The notes: a model not told the origin generated them from the letters alone. Shown: positions 38,560 through 51,200, numbered from the stretch's first letter. The stretch: DNA of 64,000 bases from Iphione sp. A-MEVVRFRX5 (GCA_976226885.1 OZ320321.1:58714001-58778000), one strand, 5' to 3'. Translations and numbers: made by a program.

Positions 38560-39350
38560 GGGGCAGGTGGGGGGTACCGTAGTTCTGATTTTTTTTTTTT
38601 TTTGGGGGGGGGCATTTTTTGCTGTTCCTCTCCTGGTATCCTTACGGTGGGGAGAGTATCCCCAGTCTGATGGGTGCGGCCATTTTCGTTGCTCTTCTCT
38701 TGGTATCCTTAATACTGACTCACATTGCAAGGCCCTCATCAACAAGCAAAGACATGGTGGGGGAGGGTGAGTATCCTCGGTCCAGTGGGTGGGGCTGTTT
38801 TTACCCCTCTTCTCCTCATATCCTTACTACTGGCTCACTTTGCAAGGCCCACATCAAAGAGGTAGAAGCATGGTTAGGGAGGGGGCAGAGTATCCTCAGT
38901 CTGATGGGTGGGGCCATTTTTGCTGCTCTTTCCTGGTATCTTTACTACTGGCTCACATTATAAGGCTCTCATCAAAGAGGCATAAACGTGGTGGGGGGAG
39001 TATCCTTAGTCTGATGGGTGAGTCGTTTTTGCTGCTCCACTCCTGATATCCTTACTACTGGCTCACATTGTGAGGCCCTCATCAGAGAGGTAGAAACGTG
39101 TTTTTTTTTGGGTGGGGGGGGGGGAGAATATTCTTTGGCAGGTGGGGCCGTTTTCGCTGTGACTCTCCTGATATTCTTACTACTGACTCACATTGCGAGG
39201 CCCTCATCAAAGAGGTAGAAACATTTTTTTTTTTTGAAGGGGGGGGGGGGGGAGAATATTCTCGGTCTGGTGGGTGGGGCCGTTTTCGCCACTCCTCTCT
39301 TGATATCCTTACTACTGTCTCACATTGTGAGGCCCTCATCAGAGAGGCAA
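38560..39350. repeat. Tandem satellite, ~6-7 x 110-130 bp
   Basis: GAGTATCC..AGTCTGATGGGTG..GCCATTTT...ATCCTTACTACTGGCTCACATTG..AGGCCCTCATCA units at ~38652, 38770, 38889, 38998, 39125, 39255. Length varies through poly-G/poly-T runs. Confidence 0.88.
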
Positions 39351-39765
39351 AGATATGTCGGGTGAACAGCAAGATCGCATTGCCGTCTTCGGCGGGTCAC
39401 CTGCAGGACCATTGCCGTTGCAAGATGAGCTGGAAACACAGCTGCTGATCTTGTTCGTTCCCTTTAGCGTGTGGTTGAGGGGTGGGTGGGTGGCCGGGTG
39501 TGTGGGTGGGAGTGGGCGCTCGTACTGTTGGGCGGGGCAGACGTCTGGTGGAGAACCCCATTAGTTTAGGTGGGCATCGTGGCCGTTCACCTGTCGATGT
39601 AACCACCCGCCATCACGGTGGTTTGCTGAAAACAGGTCTGGTCGTGGTGGTGGTGGTGGTGGTGGGGGGGGGGGGCTTCCATGAACCGTGCCTTTTATTT
39701 GATTGAGTGGGCATGAGAAGGTAAGTGGGTCGGGTGCCAGTTTGATGGATGGTGATGGTACAGGC

Positions 39766-39976
39766 NNNNNNNNNNNNNNNNNNNNNNNNNNNNNNNNNNN
39801 NNNNNNNNNNNNNNNNNNNNNNNNNNNNNNNNNNNNNNNNNNNNNNNNNNNNNNNNNNNNNNNNNNNNNNNNNNNNNNNNNNNNNNNNNNNNNNNNNNNN
39901 NNNNNNNNNNNNNNNNNNNNNNNNNNNNNNNNNNNNNNNNNNNNNNNNNNNNNNNNNNNNNNNNNNNNNNNNNNNN
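39766..39976. other. Assembly gap (N run)
   Basis: Run of N. Confidence 1.
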
Positions 39977-40726
39977 GACAGATACAGACAAGTAGGTTAG
40001 TGGATAGAGACGTTACTGACAATTACCTTTTAGTAAAACGCTGAAATGCATCCTAGAATAACGTGTCTGATAGCATGCTTGATATGGTCAGTGGTTAAAC
40101 GCAGTGAGGGAAGACAGATGGACGTATGGATGACCACGTGATGTCTTAAAAGGTCCCTACCTACCCTAGCATATGTCCCGGGAGGAGAACTTCAAAGACT
40201 TTCCAGCAAGGACCTCACACGACATAGAGTTATATGTCATGGTGGGGGCGCGATGGAGTCCCATTCTTATAGTGAGCCGCCGCATTCCTGGAAGCCTCAT
40301 CGTTCGTATCATTCGATATACTTACACGGATTAGAACAAGCGTCTTCATTTTCAGAGGATGTGCGATGTCGATAGGACACTGCATGAAACAAAATCTTCG
40401 ACGGCCTATTCTTGAGGAGGGATTTATGGCATGTGTGTAATTTATCCTGGAAAGATAAGCGATTCTTGCTGGTCTGTATTTATCTTGCAGTCTCAAGGGC
40501 GGCGATTTCTTGGGTAGTAATGTCGAATCCTGCTTTATGTAGAAAGGAAACAGGGTTTGAGCCTCTCATCGGGAGTACAGCTGATATTTTCATTTGGTGT
40601 ATTATACATGCCTTTGTATTTTAATATACAGGGCGTGGTATTTAAATTCAGGTATAAAATTGCTTTTGTATCTCGTGGAGTATAGTACACCTGATATTTG
40701 ACATTGGCATATAATATGGGTGGGGA

Positions 40727-40864
40727 ATTAGTTCAGTTGGTATGAGTTTTGTTGGCATCTGCCAGGAAAAGACGACAAGCCACGTTTTTCGTAATATTCA
40801 GTTGGTATGAGCGCTGACTAGCCCTGGTCCACTGATTGAGAGGTCGCAGGTACAACCCTGGGCT
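40727..40864 (+). mobile_element. Decayed tRNA-derived SINE head (partially duplicated)
   Basis: TTAGTTCAGTTGGTATGAG (~40728), then TTCAGTTGGTATGAGCGCTGACT...AGAGGTCGCAGGTACAACCCTG (~40797-40860), resembling pol III A and B boxes. Not a foldable tRNA. Confidence 0.35.
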
Positions 40865-43800
40865 TTATATTCTTGATCATAACCACACAGATTTACTGTA
40901 GCCCCAATCCACTGTAGTCCACAACTTTCACAAAAGCCCATAATATATAGGATTCTTTCCCCTATGCACAAAAAGATCCTAGACACCTGATCAAAATAAG
41001 AATAGGGGGCAATCCTGAGTATTCTGGTCTCATAATTTTCAATAATAGCGGTATATCCCCACAGGAGGATAAGGGAGAACAATTGAAAAAGCCGAACATC
41101 TAGTCCCTGATTAAATACATATATACAAAATACATTTTTTTTATATTTTATTTTCTAGATCCCTAAAACTTAGCGAGGACCTGACACAGTACACCCCGTA
41201 TTTTGAATTGGCACGTTGTGTAATCTTGTCTTAATATCTTATGTTACATTTCATGGAGTATTGTAACTTTGTGAATAACGCTAATCTTTGCATCTTGTGG
41301 TACAGTACATCGTGTACTTTGCCTGGTCGGTCCGATTCAAACTTCAGTGTTTAACTCTATTATCTCCTTGCGTGATATAATGAGTGAAACAAGACAAATA
41401 GGGAAAACCGATCGATAGATGTTCATAAAAAAATAAAGAAGTAATTTTAAAGGACTAAAACATACGGACTTAACCGTTGCTGCACGGGAGTTCTTTGTTT
41501 TGGCGTCTTATATTTAAGCAGGTCGTGACATTTCCACTTTCGGTTCTACCCTTCATGTTAATTTGCGACAGGTGAACCTAATCTAAGTTTTAAAAACATT
41601 TCAGAAACACAAACGCTGTATCCGGGTCGTATTTGTCCTTGGTAAAAGGTCACATGTTTCCTTGGAACCTAAACATTGAGACTTGATTACCTACACTGCA
41701 AGGACTTGGTTCTGGTAGTTTTATAAAATGTAGCCATTGGTGATTATTCAAGTGCATGTTTACACTTGGGTACCTGTAGCTCAAACAGACACCATTCATA
41801 AGTAGAAACCTTTGCATAAAATTTGAAGCTAAGTTTCGTGGACATATGCTGTGATGAAGTAATCAAGCTTGGAAAAACTAGGGAAAAATGCAACACAGAA
41901 AACCACACGCTTTAGAGAACGGCATATACATTACATGTACATGTATTATACGTGTAAAGGCTTGATAGAGATAACGTCTACAATAACCAACCCTATTCGA
42001 CTGAATAAATTTTGAAGTGTTCACCCACCCTAAAAGGTTTCTACATTTTTTAACATTGAATCTCGCTCATATATAGGAATTTCCTTCCGTGACACTTCAA
42101 CGCTCACTACTTGTAATTACTGATGCATGTTCAGCAGTCATTCGTGCGTTAGTTCTTGTAGCTGACTGACACCCTTTATTTATTCAGATGGAAAGAGTAA
42201 CAACACACACACAGGAGACAAAACGGAGAGTCCCCGAAAGCCACGACGCCCGTTATTCTACCCGGTATAGCATGACGGTGTTCTGCCGTACTGGGAGAAA
42301 CCTTGTTTGGTGAATGTATTTTGTTGCGTGTTCTTGGCCTTTCAAAATATTCCCTCCCAAACATAAACAGAACTCTTATCAGCTCATGTGTCATTTTAGT
42401 TTGCGTTCTGAAATGAAAGTTACTCCCAAACCATCGAGATGTGTTGAATGTTATTCCAAGTCCTCAAGCATTAGTTCCAAAGTACCAGCAGTCACAACAG
42501 AAGTTCACATAGATGTACCATTTGGAGGAGAATTGTTAAAAGAAGACGCTCTTCTAGTTAATCCATTTACCCAGACTGTATTTGACGTGAGATCATTTCA
42601 TATGCTTTGTTTGTATTAGTTTTTAATCATTTTTTGTTATAGAACTGAGGCAACCCTGTAAGTTCTGTGTTTTATTATGTATTTCCTTCATACACGAAGG
42701 CGCAGACAAACCGAGGTAATGTCGAGAGCACATGTCGTTAACTCGTTGGTCACGAGCCGCTCGTTTTCCATGGAGTTCTTCTACGCCTGAGCACCGACGT
42801 TCAACGCTGGGGTTCTTGAGTTATTCTCTTCTTTGGCTAATTGCCAGGCATTGTCATGGTCGCTTGTCACTGAGCGGAAATATATGTACATGCATACATA
42901 TGTTTCCGCTCAGTGTGTAAATACACATATACAGTTTCGGTTTCCCTGTTCCTCCAAACAAGAGGGTTGTCTTTCCTAGATGCATTTTACTCTTAATCTG
43001 TAAATCATTTTGAGGCAAGATACAACTATACTTTCGGATATTCCACCAGGGAGTACGACCAGTACAGGCAGTGAGAGAGAGTCTCAGTACATGCAGGCGG
43101 GTGTGTGTGTGTGAAGCAGTCAACTGTGTCGGCCAAAGATACCAACATTGCCAAGGAAGCATTGGAGCAAGTGCAGCCCAAATCCCTGCGATGTGTATAG
43201 ATGTATAGACGAATCCATGTTGCTGTCCACGCAGCCGCGAAGCAGCGTCGAGATGGACGCAGACGGTCTAATAGGAAGTTAACCTCAGCGACAAGCCTGG
43301 CTCCTGCCGCCCTTCTCCCACCAGAGGTCTCTCTGTGATTTACTTTCGTCAATCCTGCGCCCTCCAAACCGCTCGATATTTTCAGCGACGAGAGTAACCA
43401 AGCATGAAGCGGTCGTCGTCGAAGGAATCAATACGAGAAGTAGGGGGCCTAATGGTAGAAACGCCCCGTTCCCGGGGATGATCTACCCCCCTAAACGTGT
43501 TCATGCAGGGCCTAGCGCCCCCCCCCCCAAACCCCTCTCCCTTCTCCACTTCCATCTTTCGCACGCCCCAATCTTCCCAATCCTTAAACTCCCCACCTCA
43601 CCCGTTCGTCACCGCAGTCCCCCCCCCCCACTAACCCGACCACAACCCCCCCCCCCCCAACTCGCCCGACCACACACACACCCCTTTTCTTGTATTCGAT
43701 GATTGGGGCATTAGATCGTAAAGGTGACATTGTCCCTCCCGTCTCCGCGCGCTGCCCGTGTTGAAGTAGACATAGTCACGAGATGCGACGCTGTGCAGGT

Positions 43801-44912
43801 TCTTGAAGGCTGCTCGATGACAGATAGGTGCCTGATAGATCGTCATGGCAACGGCTACCTTCCACCTTCATTGAGGGGAGGGTAGTCGCCGGGGGGAGGG
43901 GAGAGGGGGAGAGGGGGGCTGGATGTGTGGTCCAGGGTTTTATTCAGGATTCGTCTGGTATAGATGGCACTACGACCTACGGACGCCCATACCAGCGAGG
44001 GGCAATGAGTGCAGCCCAAAGCCCGGGATGTGTGGGTCGCTGGTGTCGCCCCCTGCGGGACTAGTTCACCTCGGCGGCGGCGGCGGCGGCGGCTGCCCGG
44101 GCGACTAATACCTGCCTGTGATGCTACTCCCGCTCCGCCTCCTCCTCAGGCGGATTGATACCTGTCATCTTGTTCCGCCCTTCCCTATCGATAACCTTAA
44201 GAATCCGGCGACGTGGTCCAGGCGTTAAGTCCCCGAGAGGCTTCATTCATAGCGACGACCTCATCGGTTGCGTATTGATATCACACCCAGTGAGTACGAT
44301 TTCACAGGAATCCGCCAGGAACCAGTGTACATCATGGGATAGCTCATTTTACTGAGGTCTCTTCTTTTCAGATTCCATCTGGGGTATACATGTATATGGA
44401 GCAGTGTCCTTCGCCTGGCCGTATTTCTGGAAGTATTGTTCTCATTTTCTTGATTATCGCTATTACCTTAGTGAGTTTTTTTTTCGTTAGAAGGGAACTT
44501 TAAAATGTAGCAGTGCAACCCCAGACGGTCTGACTATCCACTAAGCTAACCAACAGCCCATACAAACCTTGCAGAACAAAGCAACATACACTTGATGTAT
44601 AATTTGAGTGGATTACATTACATTGCATAGCTGCTACTGCTTGCTGCAAAAGAGTTAACATGGACTGTGCCAATTGACTTGTTTTGTTCCCCAACCATAT
44701 AGGCTAGATGGAACCCTGAAACCCATAAATTCACTTCAGAGACACTTGAAGATACTTGAAATGGTACTGTTTCGTCATACATTATTTTTTATGAAACATC
44801 TTGAGCACAGTATGTTGTCTTGACCATTGCTTGTTAACAGTACCTATATTAGAACTATTATCATATATATATTTATTGAAATCCAATGGATTCCACAAAA
44901 ATAACCCCTGAG

Positions 44913-45122
44913 AGTAGGGGAAAACTGCCGGTTCTGGACCACTTGGTGGTGGGTCCCTCCCTATACATTTCTATAGTAAAACAGCCCCACCACTTAGCCC
45001 CACCACCTGAGGTTGGTGGTGGGTCCCCGGTTATCAGGGAGGATGAGATAAGGGGTTTGACCATGGGTGCCCTTTGACCAGTAGCACAGGTAGGTAGATA
45101 TCTGCATTCAAAAACGTCACAT
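44913..45122 (+). repeat. Left terminal inverted repeat
   Basis: 44913-45101 is the exact reverse complement of the right end; after a 6-nt insertion the match continues to 45122. Confidence 0.95.
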
Positions 45123-45220
45123 TAAACTTAGATGAGGTTGTTAGTTTCATGTGTTTTGAACACATTACTCACAATGCTTACCACGTGAAGGTCACCTCAT
45201 ATCAAGCATATCCCTAACCC

Positions 45221-45295
45221 TCTACTGAGTGGGTCCACCTAATGTTTCCCCCTCATCATCTACTGAGTGGGTCCACCTAATGTTTCCCCCTCTCA
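45221..45295. repeat. 2 x 38-bp tandem repeat inside the Polinton
   Basis: TCTACTGAGTGGGTCCACCTAATGTTTCCCCCTC twice. Confidence 0.9.
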
Positions 45296-45332
45296 ACTGG
45301 AAAGTTCTACTATATACATATGTACAGCTCTT

Positions 45333-45688
45333 TTTCATCCACTATTTATCTGTGGCTTCATTGGATATAGGATATTCATCTATGACTACCAAGGCTCGTA
45401 GACACATGGCACTTTTGCATAGACTTTTTCCTATCCAGCCTATGGATGAAGTTTCATCCACTATTTATCTCTGGCTTCTGTTGGTATAGGATATTCATCT
45501 ATGACTACCAAGGCTCGTAGGCACATGGCACTTTTACATAGACTTTTTCCTATCCAGCCTATGGATGAAGTTTCATCCACTATTTATCTGTGGCTTCTGT
45601 TGGTATAGGATATTCATCTATGACTATCAAGGCTCGTAGGCACATGACACTTTTGCATAGACTTTTTCCTACCCAGCCTATGGATGAA
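45333..45688. repeat. 3 x 119-bp tandem repeat downstream of the integrase
   Basis: TTTCATCCACTATTTATCT...CCAGCCTATGGATGAA units starting at 45333, 45452 and 45571; near-identical. Confidence 0.93.
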
Positions 45689-45759
45689 AACAATCACCAA
45701 TGGTTTGTGGTAGGGACTGATGACAAATATTCTCAGCTTTCTACTGTGATATTCATCAA

Positions 45760-46824
45760 CTATACATCTCGTAGTTCTGATGCTTTTATCCACTGGTTGA
45801 ATTTGTTTGGCCAATAGAGCCATTTGACATATATCTTTTTGTTTGGACCATGACCCTTTTCTTTGATAATTTTTTCTATTTTCCACAAATCATTTTTAGC
45901 TACTTTTTGTAGCTCCTCTTGGTAGAATGTTCCAGATACCTCTTCATCCAGAAAATCAATCAATTTATAAATTGGTAGACCCTTTCTCTTAAAACGTTTA
46001 GATACTCTAAATATTTCTCCCGACCATTTTTCATCATATTCCCGACCGAATGTATTTCTTAAATGAGTGATTCTTACATAATCCCCTATCTGAAATTTGA
46101 ATTTTTTATTTGCTTTCTTGGAAAGATATGGCCAATATAGTTTCCACCACAAGGAGGTTTCGTTTTGCTTATTGACTTCCCTAGGAGTCATACCAATGTT
46201 TCTATGGTAGGTATTATTATAGCTTTCAGCCAAGTCAGGAAGAATGTTAATATATGTATAGGTTTGATTTGCAGTGAAGTATCGATAAATCTTAGATTTT
46301 ATTGTTTTGATAACCCTTTCAGCATAGTTGGCTTTAACTTCATTTTGAGTGACAAAGTGATGAACATTATATTTTTGGAATACTTTTTGAACAAGTTTGG
46401 CTTTAAATTCTTGTCCCTTGTCAGTACGCAAGTACTTTGGATGTCTACCCTCTTTAAAGATATCTTCAAAAGCCTTGGCAACTTCAGGTCCCGATTTTGT
46501 TTTAAGAGGTCTTAGCCAAAGAAATCTCGAAAATATATCAATAGCAACTAACACATAGGCATAACCTCTATTGTATTTACCAAGTCGAGAAAAGTCAATG
46601 AGATCAGCATCCCACTGGTCATCTATACCTCCAACGACTACCTTATTACGAGTAAATTTTCTATTGACTGGTTTATGCAGAGTGTAAGGTTCTTGTTTTG
46701 ACAACCAATGTTTAATCTGTTGAAAACTGTACTTACCTGCAACTGCTTTATACAGTTTTCTTGGTGAGCTGAAAGCTGCTGGATGTTTAGGATCATAATA
46801 GATGCTTGCTAAGTAATCATCCAT
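45760..46824 (-). CDS. Polinton retroviral-like (rve, DDE) integrase with C-terminal chromodomain, 354 aa
   Basis: DDE motifs QWDADLIDF, LRTDKGQEF, ANYAERVIKTIK; KFQIGDYVRI; chromodomain WKIEKII...IYVKWLYWPNKFNQWI; start context ACCATGG. Confidence 0.95.
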   Translation of the reverse strand: MDDYLASIYYDPKHPAAFSSPRKLYKAVAGKYSFQQIKHWLSKQEPYTLHKPVNRKFTRNKVVVGGIDDQWDADLIDFSRLGKYNRGYAYVLVAIDIFSRFLWLRPLKTKSGPEVAKAFEDIFKEGRHPKYLRTDKGQEFKAKLVQKVFQKYNVHHFVTQNEVKANYAERVIKTIKSKIYRYFTANQTYTYINILPDLAESYNNTYHRNIGMTPREVNKQNETSLWWKLYWPYLSKKANKKFKFQIGDYVRITHLRNTFGREYDEKWSGEIFRVSKRFKRKGLPIYKLIDFLDEEVSGTFYQEELQKVAKNDLWKIEKIIKEKGHGPNKKIYVKWLYWPNKFNQWIKASELRDV

Positions 46825-46857
46825 GGTGAGACTGAATGATTGAATAGAATTTAGGTT

Positions 46858-48234
46858 TTATATATCCTCCTCCTCAGACTCTTTCTCCTCTTCTTCTGAC
46901 TCTGAGTCATCACCCTCAAACAGGTCTTGAAACGATGATTTATGTTTCTTTAGAGCTCTTTTAATGGCTCTGGACACATCTACTCCTTTGTTGATGTATT
47001 CTTCAGCTTTGTCTAAAATATCATTAGTAGTTTTGTCGTTTCTTAGATCTATAGCCTGGTCAAGATACCTTTTGTAAATTTTGAAAAACTCTTTTTCTTG
47101 TTGCTCTTCTGCCTCTTTAGCTTCATCCCACATCCATCTAAAAGTGTCATTTTCTGTAATGTCTACATCAGAATCTTCTTCTTCAGTGTCATCATCCTCA
47201 CTCTCAACCTTAGGTTTCTTTAATGGAGGTTCCACCTCACATTTTCTTATGTGTCTGTGAAGGTCAAATAGGCTCGCATACACGAGACCGCACTCATCAC
47301 AGGGATGGAACTCTTTCCTACTACACTCCATGATGTTTACTCCTTGGCTGTCTGAATCTGACTGAGTAACCACTGTTAGTTGTGGGTCTTTTATAGGGTT
47401 TGCTAGTAGTCTGTCCCGAGGAAGCATATTAGGTTTGTTAATGACTACTAAATGTCCATAAGGAATGGAGACTGCTTCTTCATATTTGTGTAAAAGACAA
47501 TCTCGGTTTCCTGGAAACATTTGTTGTGCAATAGTATGAACCTCTTGTCTATCAGCTGGCATGTCAAAGAGTATCATGTAGTGTGAGTTACGCCTGATTG
47601 TTTTTGTCCCTGAACCAAAGAAATTTTGCATGATAGTTATGACAGATAGGTTTTGGTGATGGCTACCCCTGGTATACAGATGACTGATTCTTTGATCTTT
47701 TCCCACCTCTGTCATCAAATCATCTAATACAAGCAAATTTTTAGTGTTTGGATTGAAACACCCATCTTCTAGATCATCCGGTATGCCTTTAACAAATTCC
47801 ACCCCATCCATACACTCATACATGGGCTGCCATTGAGCATAACACCACACCACTCTTTGGGGACATGGTTGAATCCAACATAGTAGGTTTTGAATCAAAT
47901 TATTGATCCAGGTAGTCTTCCCACATTGAGTGGGCCCAGCTATCACCATGGTAAAAGGATGAGTAAATGTGACATCTGGTGTGGGTGTTTCGGGCACTGA
48001 AGCTGCAAGTGCGGGCGCTGCGGCTGCTGCGGCCGCAGGTGCGGGCGTTGCGGCCGCAGTTGCGGGCGTTGCGGCTGCTGTGGCCGCAGGTGCGGGCGTT
48101 GCGGCCGCAAGTGTGGATGTTAGTAGTTCTGCATTGTTGTGTTTGGTTGTATGATATTTTGTTAGATGACGATTGAGATCATGGCGTCTGGTGAACCCAA
48201 TGCTACAAACTTTACAAAAATGATTCTTACCCAT
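46858..48234 (-). CDS. A32/FtsK-like genome-packaging ATPase fused to C2H2 zinc fingers and an acidic helical C-terminal region (~458 aa from ATG 48234)
   Basis: Walker A GPTQCGKT, Walker B LLVLDD, RGSHH and ITIMQN motifs. C2H2 fingers CKVC...HLTKYH (N-terminal) and CDEC...HRHIRKC (post-ATPase). The track start at 48261 is TTG; the first ATG is at 48234. Confidence 0.9.
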   Translation of the reverse strand: MGKNHFCKVCSIGFTRRHDLNRHLTKYHTTKHNNAELLTSTLAAATPAPAATAAATPATAAATPAPAAAAAAAPALAASVPETPTPDVTFTHPFTMVIAGPTQCGKTTWINNLIQNLLCWIQPCPQRVVWCYAQWQPMYECMDGVEFVKGIPDDLEDGCFNPNTKNLLVLDDLMTEVGKDQRISHLYTRGSHHQNLSVITIMQNFFGSGTKTIRRNSHYMILFDMPADRQEVHTIAQQMFPGNRDCLLHKYEEAVSIPYGHLVVINKPNMLPRDRLLANPIKDPQLTVVTQSDSDSQGVNIMECSRKEFHPCDECGLVYASLFDLHRHIRKCEVEPPLKKPKVESEDDDTEEEDSDVDITENDTFRWMWDEAKEAEEQQEKEFFKIYKRYLDQAIDLRNDKTTNDILDKAEEYINKGVDVSRAIKRALKKHKSSFQDLFEGDDSESEEEEKESEEEDI

Positions 48235-48278
48235 GTTGACCGGTTGAAGTCCAAAGGGCAAATGAGAAGGAGGTTTGA

Positions 48279-51200
48279 CTATTGATATGTTTTGTAATGT
48301 CCATAAGCAAGTGTATCACACCCATTGGCTAGAATGTATCGCTTGTCATCATAGGGAGAAAGACTCGTTTTATTGAGCTTTACTGTATATAGCTCATGTC
48401 CAAAACTTCTAATCTGCATCATGCTATGACTTTGTGCCTGTTTTTGAAAGAGTGTGTCTTTGTAGTCCTGATGGGTTATGGTGTTTTTCACTACAGATTT
48501 CTTCACTCCTTTAGCAGTTTTCTTTTCTTTCCCATCATAGAGGAGGCTGTACATTTTAGAACGTAATCCAACAAACTCAGATGGAGGAACCCCAGCACAT
48601 TCATCTTTCATTTTACCCAATACCTTTTTGTTAGCATCACTATATAATGGATGGTCCTCAGGATAGTCTGATGTGTCAAAGAGATGTGCATCTTCAGTCA
48701 TGTCTTGGTAAATGTCACGGGTAGTGATTTCATAGCAAAGACTGTCTGTGTCAGTGAATAACAGTTTGGCTTGGGCCCCATACTTGGCTTTGATGTATGA
48801 ATAATGGAAATCATACATGAGTGTTTTTGACAAATCCAAAATGCTGAACCCCACATAGATAGGCTTATTGAGTTTTAACTTTGTTTTCTTCATTTGAATG
48901 GCAGTCAGATCTTCATTGAAGATTTTGAATTCATGGAAATTTGGCTTGCTTACCAGCTTCTTGACTTTTTCTTCATTATTCGCTAGTTTTACATCGACAC
49001 GTTTCCTTAGATTCTCCATAGTTTTCCCAAACACACTATTATTCATCAGTTTGAAAAAGTCTTTCTCAAAGTCATTTTTAGCCTGTTTGCGCTTTTCCGT
49101 ATTGAAATCGATGTAGGACTTTAACCAAGGGCTTTGCTCGAATGACAGCACTCTATGGACTTTGGTTACCACCAGGCCTAATGAGAGATATTGCTTGAGG
49201 TTTCTGTAGTGAACCACATAATTTGACTTTGATTGAAGGTTAGGAACCAACTTTTCAACATTTGATCCTCCCATGTCTAAAGATTGGCAATAAGGTGACA
49301 GCATGGTCTCATCAATGCTTTTACGTTCTGGGGCCAGGGGATAGTCATTGTGCATGTCGTGAAGGTGTGCTGGATAATCAAGATCAACCTCTAAGATGTA
49401 GCCTGTATCTGAATCATCAGGCACTTGGGTCACGTCCACTGGTTCAGCCCATCTAAAGCCATGAGTGGGGAGCGGTTGAGACATGGCCCACCCATAAAGA
49501 TTATTTGCATCCAAGTACATAATGTATGTGGAGGGTTTGGCGGGATCATAATTTGGAAGGTGTAGATTGTTAGCTTTGGAATACCTATTGGAAATCATGG
49601 AAATACCACCCCTAAGGCCTTTCTCTATGAACAAGTGCATGTCCAAATCAGTCAAAAGCTCTAGTCTCTGACCTGTCATTTTCATACAGGCCTGCCATGC
49701 TAGTCCAGGAGATGTGTAGAAATTGGCTGGATCTAAACCATAATATCGAAGACAAACCTGTCTAAAGTTTTCAAAGACATCAGCTAGGAGAAGCACATCA
49801 GTCAACAGATAGAGATCATGATATTGTCCAAGAGACTGAATATCAAATGTCTCCCATACTTGGCATGCATGTCGGTAATCACTGTCGGAAATGTGTTGCT
49901 CAGTGAGACTGTTGTAGAATGCCTCAGAAGGTGGTAAGACTTTATCAAAGATCTGGGGTCCATCCACATAATCATAGGGGTAAACCCCCTTTCTTAACAA
50001 GAGAGAGAGATGCTCTGTAGGGAAATGTTGACTGAGATGTGCAAATTTAGAAGGGCCTTCCTTGGCCAAGTTAGATACTAAAGCCTCGAGGGAAGAGTTC
50101 ATGAACTGCAGAGAATCAATGAAATCTAAACATCCCATTGAAAAGGAAACATATTTCTCCATGTTGTTTGGTATGCATTCCAGTTTTTTATCTGTCTTCC
50201 CAATAGCCTGCATGATGATGTGAGCATCATAGCCACGAAGATTATGAAACACCACAGGGATACGCTTTCTCAGTCTATAGTTTAAATTACACTCTTTGTG
50301 TGCAGCACCCCTGAAATCCCCAGTGATATGACAATGGTCTCTCACACGATCATCCAGCAGGTCACCCCCACAAATGTGACAAGATACAGCATCTCTGAAC
50401 TCTTTTTCATCCGTTTCAGACATTTCAAGGGGGGTTACATCTGCTAACCTATCTTTCAGGAACTCTTCGACCTGTGACATATGTTCAATGAATGTGTCAG
50501 CCACATTCTCACCTCTGTACACTACAGGTTCTTCATCTAATCCCACAATCTTATAAGCAAAACCAGAGGGAACATGGTGGGTCAACTTCTGAGTATAGGA
50601 TTCAGATGGATCAGGACTGCATGAGTCAATCTTTGTGGCAAAGCTTTCAAAATCAGCATAGACTATGAAAGGAACCTTCAGTTGTTTGGCTATGTCCCTA
50701 CCAGAGAAAGACAACCATTTATCGTTTTCAGTTGGCAATTCAATCTTCTGTGGCCCATGGATACTACAATAGGGTCTATGATCATCAAGCAGTGACTCCT
50801 TAGTAAATCCATGCAGACAGTAATCACAGAAGAAGTGCCTGTGTGTGTTACTTTTCTGGTCATTCAATAAACGATTTAAATCTTTGATCCAACAGTAATG
50901 AGAAACATCAGCACTAGCATACAGAAGACGGTTTACATGTTTTTCATGTCTTTCTTGTGTAATGTGAATTGGAAAGAGTTCCTTTTCATAACCAAACACA
51001 TTGACTGAAATCTCATTTTGTTTTTCGAATTTGGAAATATCTGTTGTCTTCACTGGATAGGATATGCTTAACATGTTAAGAGTATCTCCATACTTTTCAT
51101 ATTGGGAGACCCTATCAGAATGTGTATCTGCTGGGTACAAGGCTGATAGCACCGACCAAAGGAAACATTTATTATCATGGTTCTTGACATTGATGATAGC

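Noticed and set aside
35173-39350. Tandem arrays as CRISPR-like repeats
   Set aside because: No unique spacers; contiguous degenerate units typical of eukaryotic mini/satellites.
40794-40864. Functional tRNA gene
   Set aside because: No complete cloverleaf, degenerate B box; at best a SINE head.
45006-45011. TSD hexamer CCTGAG also present inside the TIR
   Set aside because: A 6-mer match within ~200 bp on two strands has roughly a 1-in-10 chance; no evidence of target homology without more insertion sites.
44873-45077. Short ORFs duplicated at 53169-53387
   Set aside because: They are translations of the TIRs; useful only as a pointer to the inverted repeat.
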